Assembly: GCA_033549025.1 (NCBI GenBank)
Contig: JAWSUS010000002.1
Location: 64,001-128,000, forward strand
DNA from: Desulfuromonadales bacterium
Lineage (GTDB): Bacteria; Desulfobacterota; Desulfuromonadia; Desulfuromonadales; SZUA-540
Length of the DNA stretch: 64,000 bases
Direction of reading: 5' to 3'
Shown here: one piece after another, positions 42,262 to 52,267 of the stretch
How the letters are laid out: every line of letters starts with the position of its first letter
Numbering within the stretch: the first letter of the stretch is position 1
Program-made: the position numbers and the translations under genes
Notes under the pieces: model-generated
The model's input: only the letters and a program-made list of their open reading frames with translations
Databases searched by the model: none
What the model was told of the DNA's origin: nothing

Positions 42262-43296
42262 ATGAAAAAATCCACCCTGCTCACCCTGACCAGCCTTTTC
42301 ATTCTGATCGGTTTGGCTTTCCTGACCTTGCGCCCTACGGAGCCTGCCCTGCCTGTCAGCCAATTTACCGGATTGACGATGGGGACAACGTTTACGGTTA
42401 CCCTGGCCGGCGATATCCCCGCCCCCACCCTCGAGACCGTCAAGCAGGAATCTTTTGCCGTTCTGGAAGGCATCAATCAGCAGATGTCCACCTATCTGCC
42501 CACCTCCGAGGTCAGTCGTTTCAACGACGCCCAGACAACGGAATGGATGCCTGTTTCCACCGCAACGGCCGAAGTGGTCGATCTGGCTCTGCGTATCGGC
42601 GCCGAAACCGCTGGGGCTTTTGACATCACCGTCGGCCCCCTGGTCGATCTGTGGGGATTCGGCCCTACCCCCCGTCCAGATCAGGTTCCTGCCAGCGCCG
42701 ACATAGACGGGCTGCTGCAGACCATCGGCTACGACAAGATCGCATGCCGCCTGACGCCGCCACAACTGCGCAAGCTCGACCCCCGCCTGCGTATCGACCT
42801 CTCGGCCATTGCCAAAGGGTACGCCGTCGACCTCGTCGCTGCCCATCTCCTCTCTCGTGACTTGCACGATTTTATTGTCGAAGTCGGGGGGGAAGTCGTG
42901 GTGAGAGGGGCCAAGGGGCCGCAAACCGCCTGGCGCATCGGCATCGAATCACCTTTGACAGACCGCCGGCAGGTGGGGGACGTGCTCAGCCTGCGGGATA
43001 TGGCCATGGCCACTTCAGGAGACTATCGCAACTACTATGAAATTGAGGGGCGCCGCTATTCGCACACCATCGATCCGCGTACAGGATACCCCATCGATCA
43101 CACTCTGGCCTCTGTCACCATCCTCGACCCGTCCTGCGCCCGGGCTGATGCCCTCGCCACGGCCCTTATGGTACTCGGTCCTGAAGAGGCCCAGGCCTTC
43201 GCCGAGCGGGCCGATATTGCCGCCTTACTGATTATTAAAACAGCCGAAGGCTTTATCGAAAAAACCACCCAAGGGTTTCACGCGGCCGCCCAATAA
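42262..43296 (+). CDS. apbE: FAD:protein FMN transferase
   Basis: TMGTT, FDITVGPL, DLSAIAKGYAVD, ATSGDY, HTIDPRTG, ADALATA. Confidence 0.93.
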   Translation: MKKSTLLTLTSLFILIGLAFLTLRPTEPALPVSQFTGLTMGTTFTVTLAGDIPAPTLETVKQESFAVLEGINQQMSTYLPTSEVSRFNDAQTTEWMPVSTATAEVVDLALRIGAETAGAFDITVGPLVDLWGFGPTPRPDQVPASADIDGLLQTIGYDKIACRLTPPQLRKLDPRLRIDLSAIAKGYAVDLVAAHLLSRDLHDFIVEVGGEVVVRGAKGPQTAWRIGIESPLTDRRQVGDVLSLRDMAMATSGDYRNYYEIEGRRYSHTIDPRTGYPIDHTLASVTILDPSCARADALATALMVLGPEEAQAFAERADIAALLIIKTAEGFIEKTTQGFHAAAQ

Positions 43297-43354
43297 TCTG
43301 AACAGGAACCGATATTCCGACAGCTACCCCTAGCCGATTTGCTCGACCATCAAG

Positions 43355-43399
43355 GACAAAAAAAGCCCCGGACCGCTAAGCAGTCCGGGGCTTTTTGTC
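43355..43399. terminator. Bidirectional terminator between apbE and sfrA
   Basis: AAAAAAAGCCCCGGAC...GTCCGGGGCTTTTT. Confidence 0.85.
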
Positions 43400-43415
43400 T
43401 TCTTTTAGATGAAAA

Positions 43416-45983
43416 TCAGGCTTTCCGAATCTCGACCTTGGTCAGATTCTGCCCCTGGGGCATGACCTGCTGGATATTCAGATCAGCAAAGTGATAGGTG
43501 GCAAAGAGCAGGTTTTCAGGAACCTGGTCGGTCAGACGGACCTGGCCCGTGGCCGAACCCACGGTCGAAACAACCTGAACCTTCTCCCCTTCCGTCACCT
43601 TCAGGGTGGCTGCCGTGGCGGGATTCATCTCCACCCAGCCTTGGGGTGCGATTTCGAGATTGGCCGGGCTATGGGTGGTCAACAGGTCGAAGTGGAAGAG
43701 ATTCTTGCCAACAAGGAGCTGCAGCCCCTCTCCAACTTCAGCCTGGGAGGCCGCGATGAATTGCAGGCTCTTCTCTTCGGGAGCGAAGGGCAGCTTCCGG
43801 CAGGGCTGGCACAACCCCTCACCGGCAAAGCAGAGATCGCCGTAGAGGCTGGTTAGCTCCTTGGCCTCACGCAGCAGGGCCTCGGTATCAATCTTGTCTG
43901 TGCGCCGGCCGACGCGGTTGTACAGCTCGGCCAGGATGCTCCAATCCTCACGGGCTTCGCCGACAGGGTCAATAGCCTGCCCGAGGCAGCTGATGCGCCC
44001 GTCCAGCGCGGTGACGCTCCCCGTCTTTTCGGCGAAAGAGGTGCCGGGCAGCACCACATGGGCCAGCTTGGTCAGGTCACTCTCAAAAATGTCCTGAACG
44101 ACCAGCAAATCAAGTTTTTCAAGGGCCTTGCGCCAGCGGGCACTTTCAGGATAGGAGACCAGCGGGTTGGTCGCGGCCAGATAGAGTGCGCGGATGTTGC
44201 CCTTTTCGATCTGTTCGAGCATCTGCTGGGCGTTGAAGCCCTCCTGCGGCAGCGCGGTACGCCAGGCGACATCGAACTTGCCGCGGGCGGTGCTGTAATC
44301 CTGGAAGCCGGGTAGGAACTCGGGGCAGACGCCCATATCGAGGAGCCCCTGCATATTCCCATCCTCGCACACCGGAAAGAGGCCGCCAAGGTCGCCATGC
44401 AGAGCGCCGCAGACCAGGGCCAGCGAAACGATCGCCCGGGTCTTGTCGCCAGCATTGGCGGACGTGAGAACATCCCGGCCAAAAATAACGGAAACGCTTT
44501 TGGCCGATCCAAGATGTTCAGCGGCTTCCTCCAGGAGCTGGCGGGAAACCCCGGTCTCTTGGACGGCTTTCTCGAGGTCGACCGTAGCCAGCGCCTTTTT
44601 CAGGTCGTCGAGATTCCCGACAAAACGTTTGAGGTAGTCTTCGTCTGCCAGGCCTTTGTCCAGAATAAGGCGGGCCAGGGCATAGACCAGAGCCACTTCG
44701 CTTCCCGGCTTGTAGCTGAGGAAGGTATTGGAATGACGGCGCAGTTTGACCGAACGCATATTGGCCACGACCAGGGGCGCGTCATTTTTGCGACAGGCTT
44801 TTTCAATCTGCCAATCGACGGCGGGAGCCTCGGCCGTAACATCGGCGCCAAAAACCAATACCGCCTTCGATGCCCCTATTTTACCGAGGGCATTGCTGCT
44901 ACCGGCATAACCGAGCATCTCCCGAAGCGCTTTATAGCCCTCCAGAACGCCAAAGCGGGCGGCCGAGTCGATATTGTTGGAACCGATGGCGACGCGGAAA
45001 AATTTCTGGAACAGGTAATTCTCTTCGTTGGTCAGGCGGCCGGAGGCCAGGCCGGCAATGGCGGCAGGGCCCGACTCCTGGCAAATCTGGTGGATTTTAT
45101 CGGCGACCGCACCAAGAGCCTTGTCCCAGGAGACGTGCACGCCGTAATCAGCATCTTTCAAGGTAGGACGCTGTAACCGCTGGGGCGCATGAATGAACGC
45201 ATGGCCGAAGAAGCCGCCGGCACACAGGTTGCCATTGTTGACGGTTCCTTCGTCTTCGGAAGTCAGGCGGTAGACCCGGCCGTTTTTAACATTGATGTCC
45301 ACCTGGCAGTGACTGCCGCAGGTTGTGCAGACGCTGGCCTTTCTGGTCATTTCCCAGGGGCGGGATTTGAACTTGAAGGGCTTGGAGATCATGGTGCCGG
45401 TGGGACACACGGCGACACAGTTGCCGCAGAACTCGCAGAGATCCAGATTCTTGTCGATAAAGGTCTTGTCCCCCTTGTCATTGACAAAAAGGGCTCCGGA
45501 CCCGATGGTCTCATGACAGACCTTGACGCATTTCTCGCAGAGAACACAGCGATTGGGCACCTGTTGAATCAGCGGCCAGCCGTTAATATCCTCATGGTTG
45601 ACGTCCTCGGCGGCAAAAGGTTGGGTCGTCACATCGAGATCGAAACAGATGTTCTGCAAATCGCACTCACCGGCGGCGTCGCAGACCGGGCAATCCAGGG
45701 GATGGTTGACCAGCAGCAGTTGCACGATTTCCTTGCGAATTTTTCGAAGACGGTCGGACTGGGTGGTGACATCCATCCCCTCGACGACCCGGGTGTTGCA
45801 GGCCGTCATCAGCTTGTCTACACCCTTGATCTCAACCACGCAGACCCGGCAGGCACCCGTGGGAGACACTTTTTTCAGAAAACAGAGGGTTGGAATCTTG
45901 ATGCCGACTTTTTCGGCGGCCGCCAGAATGGTGGCCCCTTTTTCTACCTGGACATCTTTTCCGTCGATCTTGAGATTGACCAT
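43416..45983 (-). CDS. sfrA: NADPH oxidoreductase alpha subunit (NuoG/FdhF-like Fe-S protein)
   Basis: IPTLC, GACRVC, HPLDCPVCDAAGECDLQ, CVLCEKC, CEFCGNC, CTTCGSHC; molybdopterin-oxidoreductase fold; paired with a GltD-like gene. Confidence 0.8.
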   Translation of the reverse strand: MVNLKIDGKDVQVEKGATILAAAEKVGIKIPTLCFLKKVSPTGACRVCVVEIKGVDKLMTACNTRVVEGMDVTTQSDRLRKIRKEIVQLLLVNHPLDCPVCDAAGECDLQNICFDLDVTTQPFAAEDVNHEDINGWPLIQQVPNRCVLCEKCVKVCHETIGSGALFVNDKGDKTFIDKNLDLCEFCGNCVAVCPTGTMISKPFKFKSRPWEMTRKASVCTTCGSHCQVDINVKNGRVYRLTSEDEGTVNNGNLCAGGFFGHAFIHAPQRLQRPTLKDADYGVHVSWDKALGAVADKIHQICQESGPAAIAGLASGRLTNEENYLFQKFFRVAIGSNNIDSAARFGVLEGYKALREMLGYAGSSNALGKIGASKAVLVFGADVTAEAPAVDWQIEKACRKNDAPLVVANMRSVKLRRHSNTFLSYKPGSEVALVYALARLILDKGLADEDYLKRFVGNLDDLKKALATVDLEKAVQETGVSRQLLEEAAEHLGSAKSVSVIFGRDVLTSANAGDKTRAIVSLALVCGALHGDLGGLFPVCEDGNMQGLLDMGVCPEFLPGFQDYSTARGKFDVAWRTALPQEGFNAQQMLEQIEKGNIRALYLAATNPLVSYPESARWRKALEKLDLLVVQDIFESDLTKLAHVVLPGTSFAEKTGSVTALDGRISCLGQAIDPVGEAREDWSILAELYNRVGRRTDKIDTEALLREAKELTSLYGDLCFAGEGLCQPCRKLPFAPEEKSLQFIAASQAEVGEGLQLLVGKNLFHFDLLTTHSPANLEIAPQGWVEMNPATAATLKVTEGEKVQVVSTVGSATGQVRLTDQVPENLLFATYHFADLNIQQVMPQGQNLTKVEIRKA

Positions 45984-46070
45984 GGACTCATCACCTTTGG
46001 TTTATCTGGGCAGCCCCTTCACCGAACCCTGGCAGCGCAAAAGCCCAGGGCACGTCCTTGAGGGCAATGA

Positions 46071-48026
46071 CTAGTTGACCGCAACCATCCCGACACGATA
46101 GCAGCGCAGACAGCGTTCCGCCTCGGTAACCGCCTGGCTCTCGGGCATGGCCAATTCGATTTCTTCGTAGTTCGTGGCCCGCTCCGCGCCGTTCACCTTG
46201 GGCTGATGCTCACGATGAAGGCCACCGAGAATACCCACATTCTCCTTGTCGTTGAAGACACCGAACTGGTTGACCAGATCTTCCATGGCGTCTTCATCGT
46301 CAAGATAGGCGTTTCCTTCGGTAAGATAGCGATGCATGGCCCGCGCCGCCCGACGGCCGTGACCCACAGCGACGACCACGGTCATGGCGCCGTATTCGCA
46401 GTCCCCACCGGCAAAGACTCCTTCGCAGTCGGTCATCATGGTGCCGCCTTTGGTGACTATGCTCTTCCAGCGGGTCTGCTTGATGCCGAAATCATCTTCC
46501 CCAAGATAGCCCAGGTCGGGATCCTGACCGATGGCGGGGATGACCAGTTCGCAGGGGATGACATATTCGCTGCCGGGAACCGGCTGCGGACTGCGGCGGC
46601 CCGATTCGTCCGGCTCGCCCAGTTCCATCTTGATGACCTCGACCCCGACCACACGATTGTTCTCGGTGACCAGACGGGTCGGATTGCGCAGAAACTCAAA
46701 CTTGACGTTTTCCTCTTCGGCGTCATCGACCTCGTAGGGCTCGGCCGGCATTTCCTTGCGGGTACGCCGGTAGACCAGGATGGACTCTTCGGCCCCTTCG
46801 CGCAGCGCCACGCGGACACAGTCGATGGCCGTGTTGCCGCCGCCGACGACGACGACGCGCTTAGGCGTTTCGATGGGCTGACCGAGAGCGACGGCCCGCA
46901 GATAGTGGATGCCGCCGGGAGAAAACCCGTCGTAGCCTTTGTCTTCCCCTTCGACCCCCATGGGCTTTGACTTGAAAGCGCCGGTACCGAGAAAAACGGC
47001 ATCATACTGTTCTTTGAGCTCCCGCAAGGACACGTCACGCCCCAGCTTGACGCCGTATTCGATCTCGACACCAAGAGAAGCCACGATATCCGCCTCGCGC
47101 TGGAGGAGATGGCGGGGCATGCGGTAATCAGGAATGCCGACGGCTACGGTGCCGCCCGGCTCGGACAACATGTCGATGATCTTGACCTGGTGCCCTTCGA
47201 GGGCCAGATAGTAGGCGCAGGTCAGACCGGCGGGGCCGGCGCCGACCACCATGATCTTCTTGCCTGTGGACGGCTTGGGAACCAGGGGGGGCGTATGATG
47301 GTGCATCCACTCGTGATCGGAAGCCACGCGCTTGAGAACCATGATACTCACCGGCTCATCGACCAGCGCCCGGCGGCAGGCCTTCTCACAGGGATGGGGG
47401 CAAACCCGGCCACACACGGCCGCAATCGGCATGTTGCGCCGAATGGTGGAAAGAGCGTCCGTGTAGCGCAGCTCTTTGATCTCTTCAATGTAGGCGGGAA
47501 TATCGATATGGGCCGGACACTTGTCCATACAGGGCGCCGTCAGCTTGTCCCGGTAGGACTTGGCGGGACCAGGCGTCCGCTCGCCGTTGATATAGGCCAG
47601 ATAATCGTCCCGGAAATACTGCAGGGTATGAAAGACGGGAACGGCCGACGTCATGCACAGGGTGCATTTGCACTGTTCCAGCAACGAGGTCAGCTCCTCC
47701 ATGATCTGGAGATCCTCTTCCTTGCCCTGCCCGGCGACGATGCGCGACAGCGAATCCTGCAGCACCTTGGTCGCCCGCTTTCCAGGGGTACATTTGCCGC
47801 AGCAATGCTTTTCCTGGACGCGTTTCATATATTCGGCGGCCATGGCTACGACATCGGTATCCTTCTCCATGACAACAACGCCGTCCCAGCCCATGAATGC
47901 ACCGACCTTACCTTCACTCAGGTAGGTTTCGGGCAGCTTGAGCTTCAGGGAGACGCCTTCCGCAGCCTCGCCGCTGCGATTGTCTACAATTTTTCCTTCC
48001 CAGCTGGAAAATACAACCTGAGCCAA
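46071..48026 (-). CDS. sfrB: NADPH oxidoreductase beta subunit (GltD-like flavoprotein with N-terminal Fe-S domain)
   Basis: TTG start with RBS AGGAGG; MAQVVFSSW, CCGKCTPG, CGRVCPHPCE, GAGPAG, GGGNTAID, EAERCLRC. Confidence 0.82.
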   Translation of the reverse strand: MAQVVFSSWEGKIVDNRSGEAAEGVSLKLKLPETYLSEGKVGAFMGWDGVVVMEKDTDVVAMAAEYMKRVQEKHCCGKCTPGKRATKVLQDSLSRIVAGQGKEEDLQIMEELTSLLEQCKCTLCMTSAVPVFHTLQYFRDDYLAYINGERTPGPAKSYRDKLTAPCMDKCPAHIDIPAYIEEIKELRYTDALSTIRRNMPIAAVCGRVCPHPCEKACRRALVDEPVSIMVLKRVASDHEWMHHHTPPLVPKPSTGKKIMVVGAGPAGLTCAYYLALEGHQVKIIDMLSEPGGTVAVGIPDYRMPRHLLQREADIVASLGVEIEYGVKLGRDVSLRELKEQYDAVFLGTGAFKSKPMGVEGEDKGYDGFSPGGIHYLRAVALGQPIETPKRVVVVGGGNTAIDCVRVALREGAEESILVYRRTRKEMPAEPYEVDDAEEENVKFEFLRNPTRLVTENNRVVGVEVIKMELGEPDESGRRSPQPVPGSEYVIPCELVIPAIGQDPDLGYLGEDDFGIKQTRWKSIVTKGGTMMTDCEGVFAGGDCEYGAMTVVVAVGHGRRAARAMHRYLTEGNAYLDDEDAMEDLVNQFGVFNDKENVGILGGLHREHQPKVNGAERATNYEEIELAMPESQAVTEAERCLRCYRVGMVAVN

Positions 48027-48130
48027 ATCGACCTCCTGTTAGACCCCTCTTAGCAACAGCCAAAGGGGGACGTAAAGCCCCAAACAAAAGGGGAAAACCC
48101 CTCATCCGTCGGCGCCATCCCCCTTCTATT

Positions 48131-48146
48131 TTGTATACAGTATGCA
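48131..48146. promoter_or_regulatory. Putative repressor operator upstream of sfrB (HgtR-like motif)
   Basis: TTGTATACAGTATGCA overlapping a candidate -10 (CATACT) downstream of minus-strand TTGACG (48164-48169). Confidence 0.5.
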
Positions 48147-48286
48147 GGTAAATACCATAAGCGCGTCAACCAAATCAAGGGAAATTTTACCCGGAATTAC
48201 CGGGGTTCGCGCAATAACAGCTTGGAATGACGATTTTTTCTGAATGTCTCCCAATCTCGAAAACAGCCTTCGCCGAAGCCTTCTTC

Positions 48287-48706
48287 TTAAGGGAAGGGTG
48301 GAAAGGGGGAAGCGATGAACCAGGATTCCGCCGCATTCGGTTTGAGCCCCGCGTAGGCCCAGTCAAGTTTGAACGAAAAGGTCTTGACGGACACGGACGG
48401 CAGCAGAAAATACTCCAGCGTCATGCGGGTGGTGGCCCGCTGTCCGCTTTCATCCAGATCGATCGTCTCGACCCGCACATCCGTTATCTGCAGATCTTCC
48501 ATCTCAGCAAACTGCTCGACGAAAGCGTGTTTTTTGGCCGCTTCATCGAAATAGCGGGAGGCCCCGTTAAAATCTTTCCAGCGAAGACGCTGGGCGAAGT
48601 CAAAAGCGGCGGGGGTCAGATCATCGGACACTCTTGGTACGGCGGCGCAGGATGACAGCACAGCCACCATAAAACACACGAACACCACCTTCATCCATCC
48701 GGTCAT
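48287..48706 (-). CDS. Hypothetical lipoprotein
   Basis: Lipobox LSSC after a hydrophobic stretch; FAQRLRWKDF; RBS-like GGAAGG. Confidence 0.7.
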   Translation of the reverse strand: MTGWMKVVFVCFMVAVLSSCAAVPRVSDDLTPAAFDFAQRLRWKDFNGASRYFDEAAKKHAFVEQFAEMEDLQITDVRVETIDLDESGQRATTRMTLEYFLLPSVSVKTFSFKLDWAYAGLKPNAAESWFIASPFPPFP

Positions 48707-48803
48707 CTTTGCCCTTCCCTTTCCTCGACACCTTGCATCCGGGCAAAGCTCGGGTAGAGTTGATCCTTAAGGATTAAAAACATCATTGATCCTGGAGTAC
48801 CCC

Positions 48804-49082
48804 ATGAAAAAAGTGGAAATCTACACGAAAAACTACTGCCCTTACTGTCACCGGGCCAAAGAACTGCTGCGCATCAAAGGGATTCCCTTTACCGAATATG
48901 ACGTGACCACTGACGTGGAAAAAGAGCGGGAAATGCAGCAGCGCTCCGGCGCCCGCACCGTTCCCCAGATTTTTGTTTCGGGAACCGGCCTGGGAGGGTG
49001 CAGCGAACTCTTTGAGCTGGACGAAAAGGGGGAACTGGACCAGCTCCTTGGCCTTAAACCGCCCCGGAACGGATCTTCCTGA
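48804..49082 (+). CDS. grxC: Glutaredoxin 3
   Basis: IYTKNYCPYC, TVPQIF, GGCSEL. Confidence 0.9.
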   Translation: MKKVEIYTKNYCPYCHRAKELLRIKGIPFTEYDVTTDVEKEREMQQRSGARTVPQIFVSGTGLGGCSELFELDEKGELDQLLGLKPPRNGSS

Positions 49083-50907
49083 GCAGTTCCACGGCCAACT
49101 CGACCCGACCAAAGGGCGGCATGAGATAATAGCCGCCCACTTTTCCCTCTCCCCAGGCGATCAGCTCGCCGGCAATGTCCATCCCCTCCCGAATACCTGC
49201 CTCTCCCGTCTTGCCCCGCATCCGCTCGCGCACTGAGTCGGGCAGAACAATGCCCGGTACTTCGTTGTGAAGGAACTCGGCGTTCCGTTCACTGACCAGA
49301 GGAAGAATACCGACCAGAACCGGGATGCCGTAAGGAGCCGTGCGCTCGACGAGACGCGCCAGGATATCGACAGAATACACGGGCTGCGTCTGCACGAAAC
49401 GGGCCCCGGCCTCGATCTTCTTTTCCAGCTTTCTCAGCTGTCCCTCCAGATTGGCCGGGTTGGGATTGAAGGCGGCGCCGACCAAAAAGTCCGTGCGGCC
49501 GCCCAAATCGGCCCCCAACAGGTTCCGTCCGGCATTCAAGGCGCCAAGAAGCTGGAGAAGACCGACGGAATTGAGATCAAAGACGCTGGTGGCGCCGGAT
49601 TCGTTGCCGACGGAGACGGGGTCGCCGGTCACGGCCAGTACGTTGCGGATACCGAGATGGTGGGCCCCCATCAGCTCTGAATGCAGCCCGATGAGGTTAC
49701 GGTCGCGCCCGGTCACGTGGACGATCGCCTCGACACCGGTCTCCTCCTGGATGAGACGCGCCAGGGCGATATTGCTCATGCGGATGCGGGCCAACGGGTT
49801 TTCCGCCAGACTGATGGCGTCGACCCCCGCCTGGGCCAGCACTCGGGCGCCGGCGAGGATTTTGTCGGTCTGCAGCCCTTTGGGGGGATCCAGTTCGACC
49901 GTGACGACGGGGCGGCGACCCCAGGGCGCGAGAAAGGTCGTCCGCCCCGGTGCCGGCGGGGATACCGCCGGGGGTGATGGCGCGGCAGCGACAACGGACA
50001 CCGGCTGGCGCACCACCGGTTTGAGACCGGCCACGGCCTGGGCCAGAGCCCGGATATGATCGGGCGTGGTGCCGCAGCAGCCGCCGAGCAAAGAAGCCCC
50101 CACGGAGACCATGTCCCGCCCCATGGCAGCGAAATAGTCGGGAGTCGCCAGATAGATATAACGGCCGTCGACATACTGGGGGAAGCCGGAATTGGCAAAG
50201 GCCGACAGGGGCAGGTTCGACACCCGTCCCATGCGCTCGAGCACCCGCAGGATTTCACGGGGCCCGGAGCCGCAATTGGCGCCGATGACGGCGGCGCCGG
50301 CCATTGTCAGGCGGCGGGCCACCTCCTCGGCGGAACCGCCTTCCCGCGTGCGCCCTTCTTCGACAAAGGCCATCTGGGCCACCACCGGCAATCCCAGGGA
50401 GCGGCCGACCCCGACCGCCAGCTCCAGGTCATCGAGGGACGAAAAGGTTTCGAGCAGAAAGAGATCGACCCCTCCTTCGGCCAGGGCTTCCATCTGCTGC
50501 CGGAAAATTTCAGCCTTTTCCACCGCCCCTAATTCGCTCTGTTCTCCCTTGGGCCGAATAAGGGGACCGACGGAACCGGCCACGAAACGATCGTCGCCGG
50601 CAGCAGTCCGGGCCAGCCGGGCGGCCGCCTCGTTGATGGCCCGCACCTTTTTCTCCAGCCCGACCGTTCCCAACCGCAGGGCGTTGGCGCCAAAGGTGTT
50701 GGTCTCCAGCAGCATGGCGCCGGCGGCGGCATAGTCCCGGTGGACCTGCTCGATCAGGGCCGGGCTGATCAGGTTGAGGTATTCGAAATTGGCATCCAGC
50801 GGCACCCCGCGGGCGTACAACAGGGTGCCCATGGCGCCATCACCGACGATGACCTCGCTGGCAAGACGCTCGAGGAACAACTGGCTGCGTTGGGACAAAT
50901 GACTCAT
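49054..50907 (-). CDS. yitJ: Bifunctional homocysteine S-methyltransferase / methylenetetrahydrofolate reductase
   Basis: DGAMGT, ETNTFGAN, GANCG, GGCCGTTP, then VELDPPK, DRNLIGL, VTGDP, QTQPVY, FLHNEVPG. Confidence 0.9.
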   Translation of the reverse strand: MSHLSQRSQLFLERLASEVIVGDGAMGTLLYARGVPLDANFEYLNLISPALIEQVHRDYAAAGAMLLETNTFGANALRLGTVGLEKKVRAINEAAARLARTAAGDDRFVAGSVGPLIRPKGEQSELGAVEKAEIFRQQMEALAEGGVDLFLLETFSSLDDLELAVGVGRSLGLPVVAQMAFVEEGRTREGGSAEEVARRLTMAGAAVIGANCGSGPREILRVLERMGRVSNLPLSAFANSGFPQYVDGRYIYLATPDYFAAMGRDMVSVGASLLGGCCGTTPDHIRALAQAVAGLKPVVRQPVSVVAAAPSPPAVSPPAPGRTTFLAPWGRRPVVTVELDPPKGLQTDKILAGARVLAQAGVDAISLAENPLARIRMSNIALARLIQEETGVEAIVHVTGRDRNLIGLHSELMGAHHLGIRNVLAVTGDPVSVGNESGATSVFDLNSVGLLQLLGALNAGRNLLGADLGGRTDFLVGAAFNPNPANLEGQLRKLEKKIEAGARFVQTQPVYSVDILARLVERTAPYGIPVLVGILPLVSERNAEFLHNEVPGIVLPDSVRERMRGKTGEAGIREGMDIAGELIAWGEGKVGGYYLMPPFGRVELAVELLRKIRSGAV

Positions 50908-50956
50908 AGATGTGCTTCCGAAAAAATAACCCGCGGTCCTTGAAATGCCTGCGTGA

Positions 50957-52192
50957 TCAGGCCCGCTCCCTGACGATGGCCGTATAGAAGAGATGGCCTT
51001 CCGATTCGGCGACCGAGAGGGAAACCTCCAGATAGAACAGGCTGCCGTCCCTCTTGCGCCCCGGCACCTGATGCAGGCTGCGCACCAGCGCGCCAGCCTC
51101 ATCCTTGAGATAGGCGGCGATGCCGACCCCGTGCAGCGAAGTGCATTCCTCGTGGATGAGTTTTTCCACGCTGACGCCGATAATCTCACGCTTACTGTAG
51201 CCGAACATCTTTTCCGCCCGGCGGTTGAACAGAATGATCTGGCCGTTGCTCAAAAACGACACGATGCCGTCGCGGGCGGTCTCTGTCAACACCCTGAAGC
51301 GCTTTTCCGATTCTTCCAGGTGCTCGGTCTTTTCCCGCAGATGATCGTTGAGCTCGTTGAAGCTGTCGACCAGCAGGCCGATCTCGTCCAGCCCTCTCCT
51401 CGATATCCTCTGGTCGAAACGTCCCGTGCGGATAATCTCCCGGATTACCTCGCCCAGTCGCGCCAGGGGCCGCGTCACGGCGATGCGCACCAGGGCCCCG
51501 AGGAAGATCAGCAGAGCGAGAAAGATGCCGCCGGAATAGAGGACGTCGGTCCCCATGTTGGCGTAAATCTGGCGATAGAGACGATCGAGGGGAATGCTGA
51601 CGGAGGCGGCGCCGATCACGTCGCCCAGTTCATAGTGGTAGGCCTTGTCCGTGTCGGCCGGGAACATCTCCCGGATGAAATCAGGGGCCTGGGCGGGATC
51701 GCCGTGGCACTCCAGACAGCTGGTATCGGCCTTGAAGGAATGCAGGTAGCGGAAGACCTTTTTGCCGTCCATATCGACGATATCGTAATGCTCCTGCAGG
51801 TTCTGCCGCTGGCGGAAGAGTTCGAGGACGCTGATTTCGAAATCGTCGGGAGCGTTATTGGCATTGCGATAGCGATCGGAGACCTGGCGGATAGTGTAGC
51901 CGAGATCGCGGCTTACCAGCTCCCCTACCCGGGTCGAGGCCACCACGGGGACCAGCCCATAGCGCTGCCGGGACAGCTCGACCCCGCCCTCCAGCAGCTG
52001 GCCGGAGAGGTATTCGCGGGTCCGGATCGCCTCAAAGGCCACGATCCGGGCTTTTTCCACCGCTTCGCCCATAATGAAGGCCCGCTGCTGGCGGAAGTTC
52101 AAAAAGGTAAAGAGGCTGAAGAAGCCAAGCAAGATCAGCAGAATGATGATGCTGATCTTGGTGAACAGACCCAGATTTCTGAACTGAAGCAT
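50957..52192 (-). CDS. Membrane sensor: periplasmic c-heme domain (DUF3365-like) + HAMP + PAS, no output domain
   Basis: Two TM segments, RNANNAPD...CLECH...GAASVSIP, HAMP (PL...DEIGLL), PAS (FNRRAEKMFGY, RDGS) at the C terminus. Confidence 0.8.
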   Translation of the reverse strand: MLQFRNLGLFTKISIIILLILLGFFSLFTFLNFRQQRAFIMGEAVEKARIVAFEAIRTREYLSGQLLEGGVELSRQRYGLVPVVASTRVGELVSRDLGYTIRQVSDRYRNANNAPDDFEISVLELFRQRQNLQEHYDIVDMDGKKVFRYLHSFKADTSCLECHGDPAQAPDFIREMFPADTDKAYHYELGDVIGAASVSIPLDRLYRQIYANMGTDVLYSGGIFLALLIFLGALVRIAVTRPLARLGEVIREIIRTGRFDQRISRRGLDEIGLLVDSFNELNDHLREKTEHLEESEKRFRVLTETARDGIVSFLSNGQIILFNRRAEKMFGYSKREIIGVSVEKLIHEECTSLHGVGIAAYLKDEAGALVRSLHQVPGRKRDGSLFYLEVSLSVAESEGHLFYTAIVRERA

Positions 52193-52267
52193 GGCGAAAT
52201 CCCCCGGAATTCAATTTCATTTCATTCTAGCGGTTTGGCCAGCCCTTGCAAGGCGCCCGCCCGGAGA

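Noticed and set aside
49054..49082. Convergent 29-bp overlap of grxC and yitJ
   Set aside because: Short tail-to-tail overlaps are common; no sign of function
50908..51189. 94-aa N-terminal extension of yitJ
   Set aside because: Overlaps the upstream sensor gene; homology starts at MSHLSQ
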